Positions 8,475-15,356 of a stretch of DNA of 29,162 nucleotides are shown one piece after another; within the stretch, counting starts at the first letter, position 1; the number at the start of each line of letters is the position of its first letter. The stretch is from the NCBI GenBank assembly GCA_964512905.1, contig CAZEKK010000004.1, positions 1 through 29,162 of the forward strand. Direction: 5' to 3'. Both the position numbers and the translations under genes were made by a program. Source of the stretch: an uncultured Solirubrobacteraceae bacterium (GTDB lineage Bacteria; Actinomycetota; Thermoleophilia; Solirubrobacterales; Solirubrobacteraceae). The notes beneath the pieces are model-generated. The model saw only the letters and a program-made list of their open reading frames with translations, was not told the DNA's origin and did not search any database.

Positions 8475-9161
8475 TCAGGACGCCGGCTTGGCCTCGGGCT
8501 CGGGCGCGACCGGCGCCGCCTCGGCAGGCGCCGCCGGCGCGGCACCGGCAGACTCCTTCGCCTCCGCCGCCGCCTTCGCCGCGCCCCCCTCCTTCTCTGC
8601 CGCCTCGGCCTCGACGGCCTTGCCCGGCGCGATGAGCATCGTCATGTTGCGGCCGTCCTGGATCGGGCGCTGCTCGATGACCGCCAGTTCGCCGAGGTCC
8701 TCCGCCAGGCGGGTGAGGATCATCTCGCCGCGCTCGGGATGCGTGACCTCGCGTCCGCGGAACATGATCGTGACCTTGACTTTGTCGCGGTGGCGCAGGA
8801 AGCGCTCGACGTGGCCCTTCTTCGTCGAGTAGTCGTGCTCGGCGATCTTGGGGCGGAACTTGATCTCGCGCACCGTGATCTGCTGCTGGTGCTTGCGGGC
8901 GGCCTTGGCCTTCTGCTCCTGCTCGTACTTGTACTTGGAGTAGTCGAGCACGCGACACACGGGCGGACGGGCGTCCGGCGCCACCTCGACGAGGTCGAGA
9001 TCGCGCTCGCGGGCGTAGTCGAGCGCCTGGTCGGTCTTGATCACGCCGATCTGCTTGCCGTCGTCGCCGATCAGGCGCACTTCGGGCACGCGGATGCGCT
9101 CGTTAATCCGAGTCGTGTCCCGCTCAGGCGGGCGCCGGTCAAACCTGCGGGGGACCGGCAC
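8475..9161 (-). CDS. infC: Translation initiation factor IF-3
   Basis: [23 protein letters not shown]...[29 protein letters not shown] and [12 protein letters not shown], with an Ala/Glu/Pro C-terminal tail. GTG start with no SD; exact start uncertain. Confidence 0.97.
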   Translation of the reverse strand: MPVPRRFDRRPPERDTTRINERIRVPEVRLIGDDGKQIGVIKTDQALDYARERDLDLVEVAPDARPPVCRVLDYSKYKYEQEQKAKAARKHQQQITVREIKFRPKIAEHDYSTKKGHVERFLRHRDKVKVTIMFRGREVTHPERGEMILTRLAEDLGELAVIEQRPIQDGRNMTMLIAPGKAVEAEAAEKEGGAAKAAAEAKESAGAAPAAPAEAAPVAPEPEAKPAS

Positions 9162-9184
9162 TAGCTGAAGTCGGGGCGCGTCAA
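9161..9184 (-). other. Putative uORF2 (TTG start, MTRPDFS*) whose TAG overlaps the infC GTG
   Basis: TTG 9184-9182 to TAG 9163-9161 (TAGTG overlap with the infC start). Confidence 0.35.
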
Positions 9185-9216
9185 GCGGTGCGCGGCTGGC
9201 GGTGAGACTCGGTCAA
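9181..9216 (-). other. Putative near-leaderless uORF1 (TTG start, [11 protein letters not shown])
   Basis: TTG 9216-9214 lies 8 nt after TATACT. Its TGA 9183-9181 overlaps the uORF2 TTG (TTGA). Confidence 0.35.
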
Positions 9217-9224
9217 GGGCGCGG

Positions 9225-9230
9225 AGTATA
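9225..9230 (-). promoter_or_regulatory. -10 element TATACT of the infC promoter
   Basis: GC-TATACT, near consensus, 64 nt upstream of the infC GTG. Confidence 0.65.
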
Positions 9231-9302
9231 GCGGCGGACGGCGGCCGACGGGCGAAATCGCCTCCGGGCCGGTACGGATGTCCAGCCGGTGGCCGTCGCC
9301 GG

Positions 9303-9330
9303 TCAAGCGCCGACGGCTGCGCGCCGATCC
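9303..9330 (+). promoter_or_regulatory. Sigma28 (FliA/WhiG)-type promoter for the cupin gene
   Basis: TCAAG(9303-9307)-N15-GCCGATCC(9323-9330), with ATG at 9337. Confidence 0.55.
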
Positions 9331-9336
9331 GCCCGC

Positions 9337-9840
9337 ATGGCCGCGACCACCCACGATCTGCCGGCCCGGGAGGCACGCCGCACGTCCGGCGCCCGCCGAT
9401 CGCGGCGCCCGACCGGAGCACCGGCGCGCGGCCCGTCGATCGACGTGGCCGCGCTGGCCGACGCCCAGTGGAGGCCGGCGCCGATCGCCCCCGACTGGAT
9501 CCGTTCGGGGGATCCGGTGACCCGGTCCGCCCCCCTGTCGCGCAGCGCCGACGGTGCGGCGTCGACGTGGCTGTGGGACTGCACCGCCGGCAGCTTCCGG
9601 TGGGAGTTCGGTGCCTGCGACGAGACCGTCCTCATCCTCGAGGGCGAGGTCCGGGTGACCGGCCAGGACGGCGTCACCGTGGTGCTGCGCGAGGGCGACA
9701 CGGCGCTCTTCCCAGCGGGCACGACCGCCGTCTGGGAGGTCGATGCGTACGTCAAGAAGATCGCGTTCTGCCGTCGCCCCTTCCCCCATCGCCTCGTGGC
9801 CGCCGCCCGCGCCGGCAAGCGGCTCCTGCGCCGGATCTGA
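9337..9840 (+). CDS. Cupin domain protein (DUF861/cupin_3, EutQ-like)
   Basis: PIAPDWIRSGDP, STWLWDCTAGSFRWEFG-CDETVLILEGEVRVT and GDTALFPAG...WEV. Start chosen at ATG 9337, after the sigma28-like site. Confidence 0.85.
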   Translation: MAATTHDLPAREARRTSGARRSRRPTGAPARGPSIDVAALADAQWRPAPIAPDWIRSGDPVTRSAPLSRSADGAASTWLWDCTAGSFRWEFGACDETVLILEGEVRVTGQDGVTVVLREGDTALFPAGTTAVWEVDAYVKKIAFCRRPFPHRLVAAARAGKRLLRRI

Positions 9841-9843
9841 TTC

Positions 9844-11802
9844 CTAGGCCGACCGTTCGCGGTGCTCGCGAGCGATGCGCTCGACGACGGCCGCCAGCGC
9901 GAGCGTGCCGAGATCGCCCTCGCGGTGGCGGCGCAACGCAACCGACTGCGCGGTCGCCTCGCGGTCGCCGACGACGAGCATGTAGGGCACCTTGCGCAGC
10001 TCGGCCTCGCGAATCTTGCGCCCGATCGACTCGGTGCGCCCGTCGGTTTCGGCCCGGACGCCGGCGCTGGCGAGCGCGCGCTGCACCTCCGCCGCCCAGG
10101 CGGCGTGGCGGTCGGCGATCGGCAGCACGATCGCCTGCACCGGGGCCAGCCAGACCGGGAACGCGCCGGCGTAGTGCTCGGTGAGGATCCCGATGAAGCG
10201 CTCGAAGGAGCCCATGAGCGCGCGGTGGATCATCACCGGGCGCTGCTCGGAGTCGTCGGCGGCGGTGTAGGCCAGGCCGAACTGCTCGGGCATGTAGTAG
10301 TCGAGCTGGACCGTGCCGAGCTGCCACGAGCGCCCGATCGAGTCGGTCATGTGCAGGTCGATCTTCGGGCCATAGAACGCCCCGTCGCCCGCGTTGAGGT
10401 CGAACTCCAGCCCGCGGTTGCGAAGGGCGCGCTCGAGCACGGCCTCGGCGCGGTCCCACATGGCCTCCTCCCCCACCCGCTTCTCGGGCCGGGTCGACAG
10501 CTCCAGCCGCGGCGCGAATCCGAAGAGGTCGTAGATGTGGAAGCCGAAGTCCAGGCAGCGCACGATCTCGGCCTCGAGCTGATCCTCGGTGCAGAAGACG
10601 TGCGCGTCGTCCTGGGTGATGTGGCGCACGCGCAGGAGCCCGTGCAGCGTGCCGGATGGCTCGTGGCGATGGACCAGGCCCTGCTCGGAGTAGCGGATCG
10701 GCAGGTCGCGGTAGGAGCGCCGTGCGTTCTTGAAGAGCTGGACGTGCGCCGGGCAGTTCATCGGCTTGAGGCCCATGGGCCGGTCCTCGACGTCGGTGAA
10801 GTACATGTTCTCGCGGTAGACGTGCCAGTGGCCGCTCTGCTTCCACAGGTCGACGTCGTAGAGGATCGGCGTGCGGACCTCGGTGTAGCCGCGCGCCTCG
10901 TTCTCCTCGCGCCAAAGCTTGGTCAGCTCGGCCCAGACCGCGGCGCCGTTCGGCAGCCAGAAGGGCGACCCGGGCGACAGCTCGCTGAACATGAAGAGGT
11001 CGAGGTCGCGGCCGAGCTTGCGGTGGTCGCGGGCGCGGGCCTGCTCGAGGCGCTCGAGGTGGGCGGCGAGGTCCTGCTTGGACAGGAAGGCCGTCCCGTA
11101 GATGCGGGTGAGCATCGTCCGGCTGGCGTCGCCGCGCCAGTAGGCGCCGGCGACCGACTGCAGCTTGAACGCCTTGATCCGTTTGGTCGACGGCGCGTGC
11201 GGCCCGCGGCAGAGGTCGGTGAAGGGGCCGTTCGTGTAGAGCGAGACCGTCTCGACCCCCTCGTCGCGGACGAGGTCCTCGATCAGCTCCACCTTGTAGT
11301 CCTGCCCCTCGGCCCGGAAGCGCTCGAGCGCGTCGGGCACGGTGACGTCCTCGCGGACGAACGGCTCGTCGGCGGCGACGTGCTGTGCCATGGACTGCTC
11401 GATCGACTCGAGATCGCCGTCCGAGACGGTCACGCCATCGGGGAACTCGAAGTCGTAGTAGAAGCCCTGCTCGATCGGCGGGCCGATCGAGATCTTCACG
11501 CCCGGATAGAGCTCCATCACGGCGGTGGCGAGGACGTGGGCGGCATCGTGGCGCACGAGCCACAGCGCGTCGGCGTCCTCGCCTCGGCCGGTCACGATCT
11601 CGATCCGGTCGCCGTCGTGCAGCGGGCGGGCGAGGTCCAACAGGACCGACTGGCCCTCGGGCGCATCCGGCCGCGCGGCGTTCGTGACGCGGATCCCCAG
11701 GGCCGCCTTGGCCAGGCCCGGACCGATCGCGGCCGCCGCGTCGGCGCCGGTCGCGCCGTCGTCGAGCGTCAGTTCGGTGCCGTCGGGAAGGGTCACGCGC
11801 AT
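9844..11802 (-). CDS. thrS: Threonine--tRNA ligase
   Basis: Starts MRVTLPDG (TGS domain). Also RHDAAH, DLCRGPH, GAYWRGD, RDHRKLG, LKPMNCP, RVRHITQDDAH, GAFYGPKID and IHRALMGSFERF, and an anticodon domain (GRKIREAE). The 957-aa ORF-track extension is spurious. Confidence 0.98.
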   Translation of the reverse strand: MRVTLPDGTELTLDDGATGADAAAAIGPGLAKAALGIRVTNAARPDAPEGQSVLLDLARPLHDGDRIEIVTGRGEDADALWLVRHDAAHVLATAVMELYPGVKISIGPPIEQGFYYDFEFPDGVTVSDGDLESIEQSMAQHVAADEPFVREDVTVPDALERFRAEGQDYKVELIEDLVRDEGVETVSLYTNGPFTDLCRGPHAPSTKRIKAFKLQSVAGAYWRGDASRTMLTRIYGTAFLSKQDLAAHLERLEQARARDHRKLGRDLDLFMFSELSPGSPFWLPNGAAVWAELTKLWREENEARGYTEVRTPILYDVDLWKQSGHWHVYRENMYFTDVEDRPMGLKPMNCPAHVQLFKNARRSYRDLPIRYSEQGLVHRHEPSGTLHGLLRVRHITQDDAHVFCTEDQLEAEIVRCLDFGFHIYDLFGFAPRLELSTRPEKRVGEEAMWDRAEAVLERALRNRGLEFDLNAGDGAFYGPKIDLHMTDSIGRSWQLGTVQLDYYMPEQFGLAYTAADDSEQRPVMIHRALMGSFERFIGILTEHYAGAFPVWLAPVQAIVLPIADRHAAWAAEVQRALASAGVRAETDGRTESIGRKIREAELRKVPYMLVVGDREATAQSVALRRHREGDLGTLALAAVVERIAREHRERSA

Positions 11803-11812
11803 GGCGGGCCGG

Positions 11813-11818
11813 ACTCTA
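11813..11818 (-). promoter_or_regulatory. -10 element TAGAGT for thrS
   Basis: TANNNT 10 nt before the ATG; no room for a T-box. Confidence 0.5.
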
Positions 11819-11854
11819 CGCGGTGGCCTCCCGGGGGAGCGCAGCGGCGCACCG

Positions 11855-11870
11855 GCGAACACGTGTTCGC
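11855..11870. promoter_or_regulatory. Perfect 16-bp palindrome containing a LexA/SOS box (CGAAC-ACGT-GTTCG)
   Basis: GCGAACACGTGTTCGC is its own reverse complement and matches the Gram-positive CGAAC-RNRY-GTTCG consensus. It abuts the -10 TACACT at 11871-11876. Confidence 0.75.
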
Positions 11871-11876
11871 TACACT
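11871..11876 (+). promoter_or_regulatory. -10 element TACACT for the Rpf-like gene
   Basis: GC-TACACT, about 160 nt upstream of ATG 12037. Confidence 0.55.
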
Positions 11877-11880
11877 GCGC

Positions 11881-12036
11881 CGCTGAGCGGGCCGACGTTC
11901 CGGCCCGGAGCCGAGCCGGCGCTGCGCCGGCTGATGGATCAGGCCCCGGCGCCGCACCGGCCCGCGCCACCCGAACGGCCGGCCCGCCTGCGCGCCCGCG
12001 TTGGCCTGGCCGCCGCCAAGGACGGTGCAGACCGCC
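11881..12036 (+). ncRNA. Candidate structured 5' leader (cis-regulatory RNA) of the Rpf-like gene
   Basis: Hairpins 11888-11907 and 11914-11932, alternative CTGA/TCAG pairings, and a TTGGC/GCCAA stem overlapping the SD AAGGA. No family assigned. Confidence 0.35.
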
Positions 12037-12615
12037 ATGCTCCCCCGCAGGATCTCCCTCGGCGCCCTCGGCGCCCTCGCCCTCTGTGCGCCCGCCGCAG
12101 TCGCGCTCGCCGCCGACGGCCCGTCGGCCGACGCGGATGCCGACCCGGTGTCGCGCGCGGCGCTCCGGGCGCCGCTCGGCAACCACTGGACGGCCGCGTC
12201 CGCGCTGCGGGCCGCGCACCGGCCGGCGCTCCTGGCCCAGCGCCGCCGCCTCGTCCGCTCGCTGGAGCGGCTCGGCAGCCCCCGCGCCGCCCGCGCCCGA
12301 GCGGCGGACCCGTCCGCATGGACCGCCGCGCGCCTCGGCCGCGACGTCCGCGCCCTGCGGGCCGAGGTGCGCCGCCTCGACGTGCCGATCCCGCCAATCC
12401 TCGAACGGATCGCGGCGTGCGAGTCCGGCGGCGACCCGCGGGCGATCGGCGGCGGCGGGACGTTCCGCGGCAAGTACCAGTTCATGCAGTCCACCTGGGA
12501 GGCCGTCGGCGGCAGCGGCGACCCCGCCGCCGCGCCCGAGGCCGAGCAGGATCGCCGCGCGGCGATGCTCCTCGCGCGGTCGGGCCCGGGGCAGTGGCCG
12601 GTCTGCAGCGGGTAG
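12037..12615 (+). CDS. Secreted Rpf-like (resuscitation-promoting factor family) lytic transglycosylase
   Basis: Signal peptide (ALALCAPAAVALA), then IAACESGGD with the catalytic Glu, RGKYQFMQSTW, PEAEQD and QWPVC. SD AAGGA at 12018-12022. Confidence 0.9.
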   Translation: MLPRRISLGALGALALCAPAAVALAADGPSADADADPVSRAALRAPLGNHWTAASALRAAHRPALLAQRRRLVRSLERLGSPRAARARAADPSAWTAARLGRDVRALRAEVRRLDVPIPPILERIAACESGGDPRAIGGGGTFRGKYQFMQSTWEAVGGSGDPAAAPEAEQDRRAAMLLARSGPGQWPVCSG

Positions 12616-12658
12616 CCGCGGGCGGAGCGGGGACGCGGCGCGGGCTATCCTCGCCGCC

Positions 12659-13735
12659 GTGGACCCCGCTGCCCTGCGCGCCCAGTTCCCCGTCCTGCGC
12701 ACGACGGCATACCTCAACGCGGGGTCCGACGGCCCCGTGCCGGCCGCGGCCGCCGAGGCCGCGATCGCCGAGATCCGCCGCGAGACGCAGGACGGGCGGG
12801 CGGGCGACCACTTCGCCCGCGTGTTCGGGCTGCGCGACCGGCTTCGGAGCGCCTACGCCGCCCGCCTGGGCGCCGATCCAGACGACGTCGCGCTGACCTC
12901 GTCCACGAGCGAGGGCCTCGCCACGGCCGTGCTCGGCCTCGGGCTGCGTTCCGGCGACGAGATCGTGACGAGCGCCGTCGAGCACCCCGGGCTGCTCGGC
13001 GCGCTGCAGGCGGCCCGCGACCTGGTCGGCGCGACGGTCCGGGCCGTGCCGTTCGCCGACGTCGCGGACGCGATCGGCCCGCGCACCGCGCTGGTCGCCG
13101 TGTCGCACGTCTGCTGGATCGACGGGCGCCGCGCACCCGCCGGCCTGGCCGAGGCCGGCGTCCCCGTCCTGCTCGACGGCGCCCAGGGCGTCGGCGCGGT
13201 CGCGGTCGACGTGGCCGCGCTGGGCTGCGACCTCTACGCGGGATCGGGCCAGAAATGGCTCTGCGGGCCCGACGGGCTCGGGATGCTCTGGGTCTCCCCC
13301 GCGCTGCGCGACCGCCTTGCCGCCACCCGCCGGTCCTACCTGACGTTCTCCAACCCCGACGCCGGCCTCGACGCGCCGCTCCATGCGACCGCCCGGCGCT
13401 TCGACGCACCGGTCGCCAGCGCCGAGGCGCTTGCCTTCGCCCTCGCCGCGCACGACGTCCTCGGCGTCGCGGGCTGGCCCGCGGTCCACGCCCGGGCCGC
13501 CGCGCTGGCGGACACCCTCGCCTCTCGTCTCGCCGAGGCCGGCCGGACCGTGGCTCCGCGCGACGACACGACGCTCGTCGCCTTTCACAGCGACGACCCG
13601 CCCGCCGAGAAGGGGCGCCTCGCCGCGCAGGGCATCGCGGTGCGCGACCTGCCCGGGCTGCCGCTGCTGCGGGCGTCGGTCGGAGCCTGGAACGACGAGG
13701 GCGACATCGCCCGCCTGGCCGCCGCGCTGGCCTGA
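12659..13735 (+). CDS. Class V PLP-dependent enzyme (cysteine desulfurase / C-S lyase / EgtE-like)
   Basis: AYLNAGSDGP, LTSSTSEGL, VEHP, LLDGAQ, SGQKWLCGP (PLP Lys) and LRASVGAWN. GTG 7 nt after TATCCT (12646-12651). Confidence 0.88.
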   Translation: MDPAALRAQFPVLRTTAYLNAGSDGPVPAAAAEAAIAEIRRETQDGRAGDHFARVFGLRDRLRSAYAARLGADPDDVALTSSTSEGLATAVLGLGLRSGDEIVTSAVEHPGLLGALQAARDLVGATVRAVPFADVADAIGPRTALVAVSHVCWIDGRRAPAGLAEAGVPVLLDGAQGVGAVAVDVAALGCDLYAGSGQKWLCGPDGLGMLWVSPALRDRLAATRRSYLTFSNPDAGLDAPLHATARRFDAPVASAEALAFALAAHDVLGVAGWPAVHARAAALADTLASRLAEAGRTVAPRDDTTLVAFHSDDPPAEKGRLAAQGIAVRDLPGLPLLRASVGAWNDEGDIARLAAALA

Positions 13736-13799
13736 TCGGGCCGGCGGGCGCAGCGATGGACTAGGGTCGCCGCAGGACACGACGAGGAGGCAGACGAGG

Positions 13800-14276
13800 A
13801 TGCGAGCACGGACAAGCGGGTGGGCGGCGGGCGCCGTCACGGCGCTGCTGATCGCCGGCTGCGGAGGCGGTGGCGACGAAGCCCCGTCGAAGGCCGACTA
13901 CATCAAGGAGGCCGACGCGATCTGCCAGAGCAATGACGCCGAGGCCAAGCGGCTCAGTGGCCAGGCCAACACGCAGCTCGCCGCCGGCAACTTCAAGGCC
14001 GGCGCCGCTTCCCTGCGCGAGGCCGCCGACGTCGCTCGCAAGACGTTCAACGAGGTCAAGGCGCTCGACCTGCCCTCCGACGGCGCCGACCAGGTCGAGG
14101 CCCTGTTCGCGTCGAGCGAGAAGGGCTTCACCAGCCTCGACGAGACGATCGGCGTGATCGAGACCGGCGACGTGCCGAAGATCAAGGCGGCGGTCGCCGA
14201 GACGGCGAAGCTCAACGAGGAGACCGACCGGCTCGCAGCGGCCTTCGGGTTCCAGCAGTGCGGGCGCAGGAACTGA
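13800..14276 (+). CDS. Lipoprotein of unknown function (helical)
   Basis: Lipobox LIAG-C, SD GAGGAGG 13784-13790, -10 TAGGGT 13762-13767. Amphipathic helices bracketed by two Cys (ADAIC...FQQC). Confidence 0.85.
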   Translation: MRARTSGWAAGAVTALLIAGCGGGGDEAPSKADYIKEADAICQSNDAEAKRLSGQANTQLAAGNFKAGAASLREAADVARKTFNEVKALDLPSDGADQVEALFASSEKGFTSLDETIGVIETGDVPKIKAAVAETAKLNEETDRLAAAFGFQQCGRRN

Positions 14277-14283
14277 GGCGCCG

Positions 14284-15285
14284 GTGACCGCGGCCCGGGC
14301 CCGGCGCCGGCGCGTCGTCGTGCTCGCCGCCGGCGGCACGATCACCATGACCGGCGCGGCCGACGCGGCCGCCAGCGCGACACCGGACCTCGACGCCGAC
14401 CAGCTGATCGCCGCGGTCCCGTCGCTGCGCGGACGGAATGATCTCGAGGCGCGCACGCTCATCAACGTCCCGAGCGCGCACCTCACCCTCGCCAACCAGC
14501 TCGAGATCTGCCGGGCGGCGCGCGACGCCGCCCGCGCCGGCGCCGGCGTCGTGGTGACACACGGCACGGACTGCCTCGAGGAGACGGCGATGCTGTGCGA
14601 CCTCCTGCACGACGCCGCCCCGCCGGTCGTGTTCACCGGCGCGATCCGCCCCGCTTCGAGCCCCGGTGCCGACGGCCCGGCAAACCTCGTCGATGCGATC
14701 TCGGTCGCCGAGAGCGAGGCCGCCGGCGGCCTCGGGACGGTGATCGTGTTCGGCGGCGAGATCCACCACGCGCGCTGCGCCCGCAAGACCGACACGACGT
14801 CGCTGACCGCGTTCTCCTCCCCTCAGACCGGCCCGCTGGGGCGGGTCACCGAGGGCCACCCGACGATCTGGTCGCGCCTGCCGCGCAACCCGACGGTCAA
14901 CCCGGCCAACCTGGACCGCCGCGTGCCGATCGTGCCGACCGCCGTCGGCGACGACGGCCTGGTGGCCCGGGCGGTTCTCGGCACCCGGCCGGACGGCGTG
15001 ATCGTCGGCACGCTGGGCGCCGGCCACCTCCCGCCGGCCGCACTCGCCCAGTGGGCCCGCGCCGCCGACGACATCCCCGTCGTGGCCTACTGCCGCCCGG
15101 AGCGCGGCGTGATCCTCAACGGCACCTACGGCTACCCCGGCTCCGAGCAGGACCTGCGCGGGACGCGGGTGATCCCGGCGGGCTTCCTCTCGCCCCAGGC
15201 CGCCCGGATGAAGCTGATCGCCTGCCTGGCCGCCGGCCTCTCCCACGACCAGATCGGCGACGCCTTCCGCCTCGACGACGGGTAG
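14284..15285 (+). CDS. Asparaginase/glutaminase family protein
   Basis: AAGGTI, HGTDCLEET (Thr-Asp kept), VFTGAIRP...DGPANL, RKTDT and LSPQAARMKL. Confidence 0.9.
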   Translation: MTAARARRRRVVVLAAGGTITMTGAADAAASATPDLDADQLIAAVPSLRGRNDLEARTLINVPSAHLTLANQLEICRAARDAARAGAGVVVTHGTDCLEETAMLCDLLHDAAPPVVFTGAIRPASSPGADGPANLVDAISVAESEAAGGLGTVIVFGGEIHHARCARKTDTTSLTAFSSPQTGPLGRVTEGHPTIWSRLPRNPTVNPANLDRRVPIVPTAVGDDGLVARAVLGTRPDGVIVGTLGAGHLPPAALAQWARAADDIPVVAYCRPERGVILNGTYGYPGSEQDLRGTRVIPAGFLSPQAARMKLIACLAAGLSHDQIGDAFRLDDG

Positions 15286-15320
15286 CGCCCGGCGGCGCCG
15301 CGCGGCCTGCGCCGTGCGCG

Positions 15321-15354
15321 CCTCAAGATCGGCGGCCTCGCGCCGATCTCGAGG
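15321..15354. promoter_or_regulatory. Palindromic sigma28-type promoter / hairpin before the GGDEF-HD-GYP gene
   Basis: TCAAG(15323-15327)-N14-GCCGATCT(15342-15349). Arms 15321-15334 and 15341-15354 are 13/14 complementary. Confidence 0.6.
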
Positions 15355-15356
15355 TC

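Noticed and set aside
11803-11860. T-box riboswitch for thrS or pheS
   Set aside because: The -10 elements lie 10 nt (thrS) and 6 nt (pheS) from the start codons, and no T-box sequence is visible.
11525-12658. 736-aa ORF fusing upstream sequence to the PLP enzyme
   Set aside because: The upstream part is low-complexity out-of-frame reading of thrS and the rpf-like gene. The real start is GTG 12659 after TATCCT.
11803-12717. N-terminal extension making ThrS 957 aa
   Set aside because: It overlaps the rpf-like gene on the other strand. The TGS domain starts at MRVTLPDG (11802), with a -10 just upstream.
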